DNA of 64,000 bases. Origin: Clostridiales bacterium (GTDB taxonomy: Bacteria; Bacillota; Clostridia; Christensenellales; Aristaeellaceae). The stretch covers positions 4,898 through 68,897 of the forward strand of contig JAAYLK010000013.1 in NCBI GenBank assembly GCA_012521895.1, written 5' to 3'. Numbering within the stretch: position 1 is the first letter of the stretch; each line of letters opens with the position of its first letter. A program made the translations under genes and the position numbers. Shown here in pieces: positions 1 to 8,990 of this stretch. The notes under the pieces are model-generated. The model saw only the letters and a list, made by a program, of their open reading frames with translations. It made no database searches and had not been told where the DNA came from.

Positions 1-96
1 TTCAGGCTGCAGCCGGAAAACAATGCCATGCAGCCCATCATCGTCAAGGATGTGGAGATTCTTGGCAAAGTGATTTCCGTTTATCGTACTTTGTAA
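1..96 (+). CDS. lexA: LexA repressor, C-terminal fragment (5' end outside window)
   Basis: Frame +1 from nt 1 reads [31 protein letters not shown]-stop, the conserved C-terminal tail of LexA (S24 peptidase domain). It is absent from the ORF track because no start codon lies in the window. A terminator follows. Confidence 0.7.
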   Translation, partial: FRLQPENNAMQPIIVKDVEILGKVISVYRTL

Positions 97-122
97 GCAA
101 GGTAGGCCAATTCTACATGATG

Positions 123-148
123 ACAACCCATCAAAGGGTTGTTTTTTT
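123..148 (+). terminator. Intrinsic terminator after lexA
   Basis: Hairpin acaaccc-atcaaa-gggttgt followed by a 7-T run. Confidence 0.6.
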
Positions 149-230
149 ATTGACAAACGCCGGGTACTTATTTAAAAATCAGAAGATAAAAAAAACAAAC
201 CCTGGTATGTAACAACAGACTGATGAATGT

Positions 231-923
231 TTACAGATTCTCGGCCATGCCGAGTTCATAGCAGCCGCGCAACAGCCGATACCATGGCGCCAATGTCAGG
301 AAATCCCGCTCCAGGGTTTTTTCAAAGCCCGGCTTGAATACTGCTTGCGGATCAACTTTTTTTCTTGTGATATAGATGTCCCTCATCGGATAGACATCAG
401 CCAAGGCCAACGGAAGAGAGCCTGGGATCTCCATGCGTTTATAGGCGCTGCCGCTTAAAACAAATCCTTCATCATCCAGCAAGCGCAGAAGCCCGATCAT
501 TTCATCCGGATTGGAAAGCATCCTGCGTCTTAAAATCGACATGGCTTTTCTGTTCTCTCCCCAGAAGCCCAGCCCCCAGCTGACCGCTTCAACGCGGATT
601 TCAAACCAGAACAAGACCGCTTCGTCGCGCGGTTCACCTTGATTGCGGAAGGCAAGCAAATGATGATCCCGATAAGGCGACTTATCCCTTGAAAACCTGG
701 TGTCCCTGAAAATTCTTGACAGAACTTTCGCTGGCCGGACTTCCATGCCTTCATCAATGCGCAGCATCGCGGGGCTCAATGCTTCAATGAGCGCGTAATA
801 AGGCTCCTTCATTGCCTTTTCATACCGCGGCCTGTTGTTTTGCATGAACTCCTTGCTGTTGTTCAGCCTGATTTCCAGCATGAAATTAATCATGGAGGGT
901 TTGAAAATTGCTACTTTCTTCAT
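231..923 (-). CDS. DUF2461 (TIGR02453) family protein
   Basis: Motif RIFRDTRFSRDKSPYRDH and the overall layout match DUF2461. Start moved to ATG 923 (AGGAA about 7 nt upstream); the track start at 944 is a GTG. Confidence 0.85.
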   Translation of the reverse strand: MKKVAIFKPSMINFMLEIRLNNSKEFMQNNRPRYEKAMKEPYYALIEALSPAMLRIDEGMEVRPAKVLSRIFRDTRFSRDKSPYRDHHLLAFRNQGEPRDEAVLFWFEIRVEAVSWGLGFWGENRKAMSILRRRMLSNPDEMIGLLRLLDDEGFVLSGSAYKRMEIPGSLPLALADVYPMRDIYITRKKVDPQAVFKPGFEKTLERDFLTLAPWYRLLRGCYELGMAENL

Positions 924-994
924 GTTTCTTTCCTTTATCTTCACTCAAAACAGAAAGCAGGCAGCATCGCCGCCTGCCAGAATTCTATCATCTT

Positions 995-2725
995 TTAAGG
1001 CTGGATGGAAACGAACTCGTGGCGCAGGAAACCGGTCAGGGTATCCGTTTTGACCTCCATCCACCCGTTTTCCAATTCTTCAACCAAAATCAAACGCTGC
1101 CCGTAATACAACCGGGTAACAATGCCTGACAGGTAATCCGGCTGCAAACGAAGGTTTAGTGAAGAGTTTTCTGCGATACCGTCCACAAGAATGATTTTCT
1201 GGTCAGGTGCTGGCGTCATGTTCAAGGGCATCAAGGTCGGCCTGGGGGTGGCTGTAGGTGCCGGGCCGGGTGTAGCCAAGTAATCAACCGCATACAAACC
1301 CAATGGCTCTGCCTGTGTATCATAGGTTTCCAGGCTTGTGCCGGGGTAGTAAAACCGCAGAATTTGTTCATACTTCCAGTTGTAATGCGCCGCCATCCAC
1401 TCCGCGCCGCGCTGGCTCATGCCAACGCCATGGCCGTAGCGGCCAAATGCGATGAGGTGTTTGTGATCGTCTGTTTTTACTGTGACAATTTCATTCTCGT
1501 TGCGGTTGATCGACAAGCCCAGCAATTGCTCGATGTCCGGGAAAATCAGGATGTCAACAGAGGCGTTCTGAGTTCGCTTTTCAGTGGCGTTTGCGTTGGT
1601 TTTGTTGCTGCCTATGGCCGACTGCCCTGTAACGCTGACCTCTTCATCCTGAGCGAGTGATGACGGCCTTTCTACCAAGGCAGAAACATCAAAGCGCAGA
1701 AACTTCATCACGCCGTCCTTGCCGCCATACTTTGTTGAATGCGGTTGAACCTGGTCGATGCCAAGGATTTCAAGCGAATGCCCTTCCTGGAGGGAACCCT
1801 TGTTGATGAGCTGAGCCCGCAGGCGGTTTGTGATTATGTCATACAACAAGATTGACTGCTGGTTCATGCCCGCTTGCTTTTCCTTCGCGATAGCGGCGGT
1901 CTTGCTGATGCTTAAAGGATTTTCTATGTCATAGGGATCCTTTTGAATAATGAGGTAGGGAATGATTTCACGCCCCCAGGCATTATAGGCGGATTCGGTG
2001 ATCCCCCCATTGCTTGCCGTGTAATATGGCCTGGCCAATGCCCCTTCAAACACACTGACTACGCCTTTTGTTTGTTCGATGGCATTGATGGCGTTTTGAT
2101 GCTGGGGATTGATGCCGCGGAACACCTGGTCATTGGTGTTGTCAACAACATCATACGCCTTGGAAGCGTCCAGGTGCGCCAGTGTATAGGTCCTGGCCGC
2201 GATGGCCTGTGCTTTCAGAGCTTCCAGGGGGAAACCGTCATCCATCTCATATGGAACAACACCCTGCAGATATTCCTCCACAGGCAGTGTCATAATCAGA
2301 GACAGGAAGCCGTCCTTGATGCTGACCCTGAGGTCTCCCGGGTACAGATTGTTCTGCCCATGAATGCGAAGGCCGTTCTCCTGGCCGTTTTCCCCTTTGT
2401 AACGAATGAGCTGTATGCTTTGCCCGCCCAGATAGCCGAGGCCTTCATACCGCAGCAGAATCCGGCCTTGCGCGATGGACAGACGGATGTCTGAGCCATA
2501 CTGAAAACTGATGGTCTGATCCAGCTGGTAATTGCCAAAGATGCCGATGTCAATCTCTGACCGCTTCTCAAAAACAGTCAATAACACCCGCACATGGGAA
2601 TAATTTTTTGCTGGTTGAACGCTTTTGCCAAAACCTGGGCTGAAGATTAATAGAAGCGCCAGCAACAGGCCAAAGCTTGATCGCCTCTTCCGGATCTTTG
2701 CCTGGCCTGCCTCAATAGACATCAT
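995..2725 (-). CDS. SpoIID/LytB domain protein with C-terminal SH3b-like domain
   Basis: N-terminal signal/TM (FGLLLALLLIFSPGFG). SpoIID-family motifs PLEALKAQAIAARTYTL and GHGVGMSQRGA. SH3-like C-terminus (LNLRLQP...GWMEVKT...GFL). Confidence 0.85.
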   Translation of the reverse strand: MMSIEAGQAKIRKRRSSFGLLLALLLIFSPGFGKSVQPAKNYSHVRVLLTVFEKRSEIDIGIFGNYQLDQTISFQYGSDIRLSIAQGRILLRYEGLGYLGGQSIQLIRYKGENGQENGLRIHGQNNLYPGDLRVSIKDGFLSLIMTLPVEEYLQGVVPYEMDDGFPLEALKAQAIAARTYTLAHLDASKAYDVVDNTNDQVFRGINPQHQNAINAIEQTKGVVSVFEGALARPYYTASNGGITESAYNAWGREIIPYLIIQKDPYDIENPLSISKTAAIAKEKQAGMNQQSILLYDIITNRLRAQLINKGSLQEGHSLEILGIDQVQPHSTKYGGKDGVMKFLRFDVSALVERPSSLAQDEEVSVTGQSAIGSNKTNANATEKRTQNASVDILIFPDIEQLLGLSINRNENEIVTVKTDDHKHLIAFGRYGHGVGMSQRGAEWMAAHYNWKYEQILRFYYPGTSLETYDTQAEPLGLYAVDYLATPGPAPTATPRPTLMPLNMTPAPDQKIILVDGIAENSSLNLRLQPDYLSGIVTRLYYGQRLILVEELENGWMEVKTDTLTGFLRHEFVSIQP

Positions 2726-2728
2726 TGT

Positions 2729-3325
2729 TTAGGTTTGCGCTGCCCGGTGGGCTGCCAGCACGGCATACCGCATGTGGGTGACGCGCGCGGATACATCCGC
2801 AAAACCCAGTTGATCCAGCGTTTTCATCAGGCTCAGCGGGTGATCCTGGGCAGCCGATTTTTTGATGGTTTTTCCGGACATTCTTGTCAGCGGAAGGAGA
2901 TACAAGCCAGGATTGGCGATCAACAGCTGCGCGCCTGGCTTCATCACGCGCTTGATTTCCATTAGAATGTCGTTCAGATCGGTCGCCGCGACGGGCAGCA
3001 TGTTGAGAAACACAGTATCAAAACTCTCATCCCGCCAGGGAATGTCGTATTTCTCCGCCCTGAGGATTTCAGCGCCTTTTTTTTGCAGGTCCTCTGTCTG
3101 CTGGCAAGGGGTGTTGTAAGGTAGAATGCCGCACGCGCGCAGGTGGTGATACTCCTCCAGGCAAGCTTGCAGCAATCTGCCATCACTGCAATCCATGTCC
3201 AGAACAGCGGTGTTATGATCAATCTTCGCCCAGGACAACAAGGCTTTCTGGGCCGAGGACAACATCGTTTTGTGCCTGATAGAACTGTAATAAAGCTTTT
3301 GTGGCAAAGTCAACCAGGATTGCAT
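2729..3325 (-). CDS. Class I SAM-dependent methyltransferase (family level only)
   Basis: Degenerate motif I VLDMDCSDGRLL, later FDTVFLNML and VMKPGAQLLIA. No specific substrate can be assigned. Confidence 0.7.
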   Translation of the reverse strand: MQSWLTLPQKLYYSSIRHKTMLSSAQKALLSWAKIDHNTAVLDMDCSDGRLLQACLEEYHHLRACGILPYNTPCQQTEDLQKKGAEILRAEKYDIPWRDESFDTVFLNMLPVAATDLNDILMEIKRVMKPGAQLLIANPGLYLLPLTRMSGKTIKKSAAQDHPLSLMKTLDQLGFADVSARVTHMRYAVLAAHRAAQT

Positions 3326-3554
3326 AATCGACTCCTTGTCGCTTGTGATGTTGCCAGTATATCACACATTCGTAATAAATACATATATAAATTTAATAAA
3401 AACAAAATATATAACGTTGAACCTTATCAATTCGGTGAGACAGTTAATTAGAATTGTTCGTCTGGTATGAAGCGCGAACGATGAAGTGCAATGACAAAGT
3501 AAAACCGGGACATGCGCCCCGGCTTATGGTCAAAATATAGTTATGGAGAATGAA

Positions 3555-3761
3555 TCAGTATTCCTTCAGCGGCTTGCCCTGTTCGTCCAATACGGGGCAG
3601 GTGTTCCATACATTGCTCTTCACTTTGTCCTGCTCAAGGTTCCCTTGTTCATAGGACAGCTTGGCCGTGTTCTCGGCTTGAGCGGGGTGCGTTTCCTGAT
3701 TGGTGTCAATCATTCTGTTTAAAAGGCGGTTGACAATGCCTGTTTGCTTTTTTTCTGACAT
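3555..3761 (-). CDS. Small hypothetical protein (68 aa)
   Basis: ATG 3761 has GGAGG 7 nt upstream, and a weak hairpin (ccggg/cccgg, about 3505-3522) lies downstream. No recognisable family. The longer track start (3809) was rejected. Confidence 0.5.
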   Translation of the reverse strand: MSEKKQTGIVNRLLNRMIDTNQETHPAQAENTAKLSYEQGNLEQDKVKSNVWNTCPVLDEQGKPLKEY

Positions 3762-3933
3762 AGTGTCCTCCTTGTTTGTACTCAATAATAGTATACCCAG
3801 ATTGCACATGATGGGACTGTTCCGGGCGCCCCAAACGCCAAAGTCAGCGTTTGAGCGACATCAAGCAACTGTCTTGACGATGGCAGAAAGAACATATATA
3901 TTTGAGGCAAAGAAAACCCCGGAGCGTGTCACA

Positions 3934-4947
3934 ATGAAGAGTGCCATCATCGGCTGCGGTCGGATCGCGCACATCCACGCGCTTGCCCTGCTAGCCAACA
4001 GCGATGTACAACTCATCGCCTGCGCGGACATCAACAAAGCAAAAGCCGATGACTTCGCCGACAAGTATTCATTGAAGCCTTATGCGTCCATGGGGGAACT
4101 AATCAATGAAGAGCATCCGGATGTGCTTCATATATGCACACCGCATTACTTACACGCAGACATGGCCATTGAGGCCTTGCGGCAGGGCATTCACGTGTTT
4201 CTGGAAAAACCGGCGGCCATGGACAGGTTGTCCTTTGAAAAGTTGATGCTCGCTGAGCAGGCCAGCCAAACTCAAATTGGCGTATGCTTTCAAAACCGCT
4301 ACAATGATTCCGTGGTATACCTGCGCGAAAAACAACAGTCCGGCCATTTTGGGAAGGCGCTGGGCGCGCGCTGCTTTGTGACCTGGCGGCGTGACGCGGA
4401 TTATTACGCGGATGAGTGGCATGGCAGGAAGGCGCTGGAAGGCGGTGGCGCCCTCATCAACCAGGCCATCCACACCATGGATTTGCTGGTGTTGCTGCTT
4501 GGAACGCCTGTTGATGTGCAGTGCTCCATGCACAACCGGCATTTGAAAGACATCATTGAGGTAGAAGACACCGTTGAGGCCTATATCCGCTTCCCCACAT
4601 GCAATGCCTTGTTCTACGCCAGCATGGCCCATTGCACGGACGCGCCCATTTTCCTGGAAATCTCCTATGAAAAGGCCTGTGTGCGTTTAATCGGGGATGA
4701 ACTGAGCATAAAGTACTTTGACGGCACCTTGCAATCCCTTGAAAAAAGTGAGGTTGTGCCTCTTGGAAAGAGTTATTGGGGCACCAGCCACCGCCTGTGT
4801 ATTGAGGATTTTTATCAATGCGTCAATCAAGGCAGGAACTTTCCCATCACGCCCGACAGCATCAAACCAACCATGGACCTGGTCTACGGCTGTTATGAAG
4901 CCGCGGAATCCAATACAACCATCAGCCCGACACAAGAAAGGACCTGA
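3934..4947 (+). CDS. Gfo/Idh/MocA family oxidoreductase
   Basis: Rossmann N-terminus MKSAIIGCGRIAHIHA and the FLEKPAAM motif. Homology begins at ATG 3934; the track start at 3700 is upstream read-through. Confidence 0.85.
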   Translation: MKSAIIGCGRIAHIHALALLANSDVQLIACADINKAKADDFADKYSLKPYASMGELINEEHPDVLHICTPHYLHADMAIEALRQGIHVFLEKPAAMDRLSFEKLMLAEQASQTQIGVCFQNRYNDSVVYLREKQQSGHFGKALGARCFVTWRRDADYYADEWHGRKALEGGGALINQAIHTMDLLVLLLGTPVDVQCSMHNRHLKDIIEVEDTVEAYIRFPTCNALFYASMAHCTDAPIFLEISYEKACVRLIGDELSIKYFDGTLQSLEKSEVVPLGKSYWGTSHRLCIEDFYQCVNQGRNFPITPDSIKPTMDLVYGCYEAAESNTTISPTQERT

Positions 4948-4948
4948 C

Positions 4949-5914
4949 ATGAAAGCAGACGGAATGAACTACGCCCCCCAGGGAAAGCCCAACCCGGTGG
5001 TCAAAGATGGAGAGTTTGTCATTTCTGCCCTGGCGCTTGACCACGGCCACATCTATGGCATCTGCAATGGCCTGGTCGAAGCCGGAGCGACGCTCAAGCT
5101 TGTCTATGACCCGGATCCCAGGAAAGTCGAGCAGTTCTTGAAGGCTTTCCCCCAGGCCACCGCCGCAAACAGCAAGGAAGTGGTTTTGCGGGACAAGGAG
5201 ACCCGGATGATTTGCTCGGCCGCGGTCACCAACCTGCGCTGCCCCCTGGGCATTGAAGTGATGGAAGCCGGCAAGGATTACTTTACCGACAAAGCGCCTT
5301 TGACCAGCATGGAGCAGCTGGCACAGGCCAAGGACGCCGTCAAGCGGACCGGCAAAAAATACATGGTGTACTATTCGGAGCGACTGCACGTGGAAGGCGC
5401 CATCTTTGCCGGGCAGTTGATTGACCAAGGGGCCATCGGCAAGGTTTTGCAGGTCATCGGCCTGGGCCCGCACCGCCTGAACGCGCCCGCGCGGCCTGAC
5501 TGGTTTTTCAGGAAGGAGCAGTATGGCGGCATCCTCTGCGACATCGGCAGCCACCAGATTGAGCAGTTCCTGTATTATACCGGCGCCAAGGATGCCACGG
5601 TGACCAACAGCCAGATCGCCAATTACGCCCACCCTGAGTATCCGGAGCTGGATGACTTTGGCGATGCCATGCTGGTGGCGGACAATGGCTGCACCAACTA
5701 TTTCCGGGTGGACTGGTTCACGCCCTCCGGCCTGCGCTCCTGGGGTGATGGGCGCACCCTGATCCTGGGCACGGAAGGCTACATCGAAATTCGCAAATAC
5801 CTGGATATCTGCAGCGATTCCACCACGGGCGACCATGTATTGTTGGTAAACGGCAGCGGAGAGCAGCGCTTTAATGTCAACGGTCAGGTGGTTATCCCTT
5901 TTTTGGTCAGTTGA
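4949..5914 (+). CDS. Gfo/Idh/MocA family oxidoreductase, apparently truncated or frameshifted at the 3' end
   Basis: ATG 4949 is coupled to the upstream stop (TGAcATG). Family motifs DHGHIYG and DYFTDKAP. The ORF stops at 5914, but a family-like C-terminus continues in another frame to 6021 (see findings). Confidence 0.8.
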   Translation: MKADGMNYAPQGKPNPVVKDGEFVISALALDHGHIYGICNGLVEAGATLKLVYDPDPRKVEQFLKAFPQATAANSKEVVLRDKETRMICSAAVTNLRCPLGIEVMEAGKDYFTDKAPLTSMEQLAQAKDAVKRTGKKYMVYYSERLHVEGAIFAGQLIDQGAIGKVLQVIGLGPHRLNAPARPDWFFRKEQYGGILCDIGSHQIEQFLYYTGAKDATVTNSQIANYAHPEYPELDDFGDAMLVADNGCTNYFRVDWFTPSGLRSWGDGRTLILGTEGYIEIRKYLDICSDSTTGDHVLLVNGSGEQRFNVNGQVVIPFLVS

Positions 5915-6116
5915 TTCTGGACTGCATCAACATGACCGAAAACGCCATGACGCAGGAGCGCGCCTTCAAGACGGCGGAGCTCTGCGTGCGCGCCCAGCTG
6001 CAGGCGACAAAGATTCAATAATCACAAAAATCAGTCAGATTTTTCGCGGCATGGACAGCCATGCCGCCTTTGTGAATTCTGGTCTGATCAGGGCGCTCTC
6101 ATCCCATGAGATACAT

Positions 6117-6144
6117 TTGACAATCAAGCAATTCTTGATATAAT
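6117..6144 (+). promoter_or_regulatory. Sigma-A-like promoter of the mrp operon
   Basis: TTGACA (6117-6122), 16-nt spacer, TATAAT (6139-6144), about 50 nt upstream of the mrpE GTG. Confidence 0.5.
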
Positions 6145-6195
6145 TTTGGGCGGTGAAATGAATCCTCACCGGAATGAATAAGAGAAGGTGAACTT

Positions 6196-6690
6196 GTGTT
6201 GATCGCGTTGGCCTTGTTTTTTTTGTGGATCATCTTCAATGGCAAGCTGACCCTTGAGATTGTCCTGTTCGGGCTTGTGATCGCGCCTGCCTTGGCGTGG
6301 TTTGTCCAGCGTTTTGTGACACCGGGGTTGACAAATAAAAAGCAGATGCTGATGCTGCGGCAGCTGCCCGGCTACATCCGCTATGCCTGGCTGCTTATCA
6401 AGGAAATCACCCTGGCGAATTTTGCGGTCATGCGGTTGATTTTGACAGACAGCGACATCGTGGTGCCCAAGCTGACCATCCACCATACCAGCCTGAAAAC
6501 CACGCCCGCGCGCATCATCCTGGCTGACTGCATCACCCTGACGCCGGGCACTATCACCGTTAATCTGAACAAAGATGAATACCTGGTGCACTGCCTGGAT
6601 GAAAGCCTGGAGGACGGCGTGTTCCACAGCGAGTTTGAAAAGCGCCTGCTTCTGAAAGAATCCCAGTGGGAAGAAAGGATGAAGCATTGA
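6196..6690 (+). CDS. mrpE: Na+/H+ antiporter subunit E (MnhE/MrpE)
   Basis: GTG start, two N-terminal TM helices, ITLTPGT motif, 164 aa. Confidence 0.9.
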   Translation: MLIALALFFLWIIFNGKLTLEIVLFGLVIAPALAWFVQRFVTPGLTNKKQMLMLRQLPGYIRYAWLLIKEITLANFAVMRLILTDSDIVVPKLTIHHTSLKTTPARIILADCITLTPGTITVNLNKDEYLVHCLDESLEDGVFHSEFEKRLLLKESQWEERMKH

Positions 6691-7007
6691 TGCTGCAAAA
6701 CGCTTATAGTTTCCTCTATATCGCGGCTTTGAGCGTGCTGGCCGTCTTTATCATCGCCTGCTTCATCCGCGCGGTCAAAGGCCCCACCATCGCGGACCGG
6801 ATTGTCGCCATCAACATGATTGGCACCCAGATCATCATCATGGTGGGTGTTGTGGCGCTCTTGATCAGTGAAGGCTATCTGGTGGACGTTTCCTTGTTGT
6901 ATGCCATGATCAGCTTTCTGGCGGTCGTCGTACTGTGCAAGGTGTACATGGGCGTCTTCCTGGAGCGCCAGGCCAAGGCACAGCAGGAGGTGAAAACCCA
7001 TGATTGA
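6690..7007 (+). CDS. mrpF: Cation:proton antiporter subunit F (MrpF/PhaF)
   Basis: ATG 6690 overlaps the mrpE stop (TGATG). Small 3-TM protein with GPTIADRIVAINMIGT. A GTG at 6666 is an alternative start. Confidence 0.85.
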   Translation: MLQNAYSFLYIAALSVLAVFIIACFIRAVKGPTIADRIVAINMIGTQIIIMVGVVALLISEGYLVDVSLLYAMISFLAVVVLCKVYMGVFLERQAKAQQEVKTHD

Positions 7008-7341
7008 GTGGATCCGTTTCATCCTGACAGCCGGCTTTCTGATCAGTGGCTTGCTGACTCTGCTCACCGCTGTCATCGGCGTTTACAAGTTTGATTATGT
7101 GCTCAACCGCATGCACGCCGCCGCCATGGGCGACACCCTGGGCCTGCTGTTTTGCCTCTTGGGCCTCACCGTCAGCGCGCCGGACATCTGGACCGCGCTT
7201 AAACTGCTGCTGATTATCACCTTCCTGTGGTTCGCAAGCCCGGTCAGCAGCCACCTGATTGCACGGCTTGAAGTCACCATCAACCCGATGTGGCACCAGC
7301 TCCCCCTCACGCCCGACTCCTTGAAGGAGGATGACGAATGA
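7000..7341 (+). CDS. mrpG: Cation:proton antiporter subunit G (MnhG/PhaG)
   Basis: 113 aa, 3 TM, FDYVLNRMHAAAMGDTLG. Overlaps mrpF by 8 nt. Confidence 0.9.
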   Translation: MIEWIRFILTAGFLISGLLTLLTAVIGVYKFDYVLNRMHAAAMGDTLGLLFCLLGLTVSAPDIWTALKLLLIITFLWFASPVSSHLIARLEVTINPMWHQLPLTPDSLKEDDE

Positions 7342-7604
7342 CCTTTATCAACATCTTCCTCCTGGGCATGCTGATTGTTTGTGCCCTGGCCGTCAGCCTG
7401 ACGCGCAACCTGCTGACTTCCCTGATTGTCTACATGGCGTACAGCCTGATCATGGCCATCATCTGGATGCTGCTGGAAAGCCCGGACTTGGCCATCACCG
7501 AGGCCGCGGTGGGCGCGGGCATCACCAGTGTGTTGTTCTTTGTAACCTTGAAAAAAATTCACGCGATAAAGGGGGACAGCGATCATGAGCAAACGCAGAA
7601 GTGA
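7338..7604 (+). CDS. MbhD/DUF4040-like small membrane subunit (MrpA C-terminal/MrpB-related)
   Basis: 88 aa, 3 TM, SPDLAITEAAVGAGIT motif typical of MbhD-like proteins. Overlaps both neighbours. Confidence 0.8.
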   Translation: MTFINIFLLGMLIVCALAVSLTRNLLTSLIVYMAYSLIMAIIWMLLESPDLAITEAAVGAGITSVLFFVTLKKIHAIKGDSDHEQTQK

Positions 7605-8601
7605 CTGGCAATCGCGCCCCCAAAACCGCGTCCGCCAGTGGTTCCACAACGGCTTCTTGGCGCTAGATGATGAAATCATCAACCAGGTCACCAAGGAAAC
7701 GCTGCGCATGGACAGCGACAGCGAGATGGACAAGCACCAGGAGATGCTGGACAGCCACCGCCATGAGCGCACCCTGGCGCTGGAGCGGTTGGACCAGTAC
7801 AACATCCAGGCCTGGGCCAATACCCGCGGTCGCAAGGCGCTGTCACGGATCTATGTCACCATCTCCTTCGTTCTCGCTTTTGTGATGATTTTCTTCCTCC
7901 TGCGCACAGTGGCCACCATGCCGCGTTTCTCTGACCCCAATGCCCCCACCAACAACGAGGTCATGGCGCGGTACATTGAAAAAGGCCTTGAAGAAACAGG
8001 GGCCGTAAACATCGTCGCCGGGATGATTCTGGACTACCGCGCCTTTGACACCCTTGGTGAGAGCACGGTGCTGTTCATCGCGGCCAGCGCTGTCTTGATC
8101 CTGCTACGCATTGACCGGCGGAAAGATGGCACCCCGGTGCAGGAGCTGATCGCCGCGGAGTCGGATGACCGCCATTATGAGCCGCGGTCTGACCGCATCC
8201 TCCAGGGCAGCGCCAAGGTGCTGGTGCCCATCATCTTCCTGTTTGGCATCTACATCATGCTCAACGGCCACCTCTCCCCCGGCGGCGGTTTCTCCGGCGG
8301 ATCCATCGTCAGCGCCGGCTTGATCCTTTACCTGGACAGCTTTGGCTTTGAAAAAGCCGGGAAGTTCTTCACCTACAAGACCTTCAGCTGGGTCAGTTTC
8401 CTGTCCTTGAGCTTTTACGCCATCGCCAAGACCTATTCCTTCTATTGCGGCGCCAATGGCCTGCCCAGCGGCATCCCCCTGGGCACCCCCGGCGCCATCC
8501 TGTCCAGCGGCTTGATTTTGCCCTTGAACATCGCGGTTGGCCTGGTGGTCGCCTGCACCATGTACATCTTCTATGCCCTGTTCCGCAAGGGCGGGCTGTA
8601 A
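7585..8601 (+). CDS. MbhE-like + MnhB-domain membrane subunit (MrpB-related)
   Basis: NIVAGMILDYRAFDTLGESTVL followed by GHLSPGGGFSGG (MnhB signature). Unusual ~88-aa hydrophilic N-terminus, so the start is uncertain. Confidence 0.8.
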   Translation: MSKRRSDWQSRPQNRVRQWFHNGFLALDDEIINQVTKETLRMDSDSEMDKHQEMLDSHRHERTLALERLDQYNIQAWANTRGRKALSRIYVTISFVLAFVMIFFLLRTVATMPRFSDPNAPTNNEVMARYIEKGLEETGAVNIVAGMILDYRAFDTLGESTVLFIAASAVLILLRIDRRKDGTPVQELIAAESDDRHYEPRSDRILQGSAKVLVPIIFLFGIYIMLNGHLSPGGGFSGGSIVSAGLILYLDSFGFEKAGKFFTYKTFSWVSFLSLSFYAIAKTYSFYCGANGLPSGIPLGTPGAILSSGLILPLNIAVGLVVACTMYIFYALFRKGGL

Positions 8602-8613
8602 GGAGGGCTTGAG

Positions 8614-8988
8614 ATGTTTGAACTGTTGTACCAAAACATAGAACAGACGGTGTCTGTCATCCTCTTTGGCATAGGCCTCACCATTCTGCTGCTGCAGCGC
8701 AACCTGATCCGCAAAATCATCGGCCTGAACATCATGGACACCGCCATCTACCTCTTCCTGGCGTCCATGGGCTTCATTGGCGGGCGCAAGGCCCCCATTG
8801 TGGTGGATGGCGTAACGGAGGTTTCCGCCTACATCAACCCCATCCCGGCGGGCCTGGTGCTGACAGGCATCGTGGTGTCCGTCAGCTTCACCGCCATCAT
8901 GCTGGCATTGACGGTGCGCCTCTATCGCCGCTACCACACCCTGGACATTGACGTAATCGCCCTGCTGGCTAAAGGAGAAGACGCGTAA
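8614..8988 (+). CDS. mrpC: Cation:proton antiporter subunit C (MnhC/NuoK-like)
   Basis: 124 aa, 3-TM NuoK/MnhC-like protein. Confidence 0.9.
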   Translation: MFELLYQNIEQTVSVILFGIGLTILLLQRNLIRKIIGLNIMDTAIYLFLASMGFIGGRKAPIVVDGVTEVSAYINPIPAGLVLTGIVVSVSFTAIMLALTVRLYRRYHTLDIDVIALLAKGEDA

Positions 8989-8990
8989 GT

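Noticed and set aside
3456-3479. Inverted repeat gttcg-N14-cgaac considered as a LexA (Cheo) box, given the nearby lexA.
   Set aside because: The orientation and spacing are wrong for the Firmicutes consensus CGAAC-N4-GTTCG, and no SOS-type gene lies adjacent.
4922-5836. Long antisense ORFs opposite well-supported genes. Examples: 4922..5836, 8104..8937, 9537..10310, 32862..33812, 33819..34580, 36076..37074, 37316..38764, 55220..56311, 57108..57992.
   Set aside because: Each lies entirely within a gene on the other strand that has clear family motifs. Their products are low-complexity and R/G/A/H/Q-rich, as expected for shadow frames in GC-rich DNA. None has an RBS or recognisable domain.
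5874-6143. 89-aa ORF downstream of the second oxidoreductase.
   Set aside because: It is a third, shadow frame over the displaced C-terminal coding segment of the frameshifted Gfo/Idh/MocA gene. It has no RBS and an R/A/G-rich composition.
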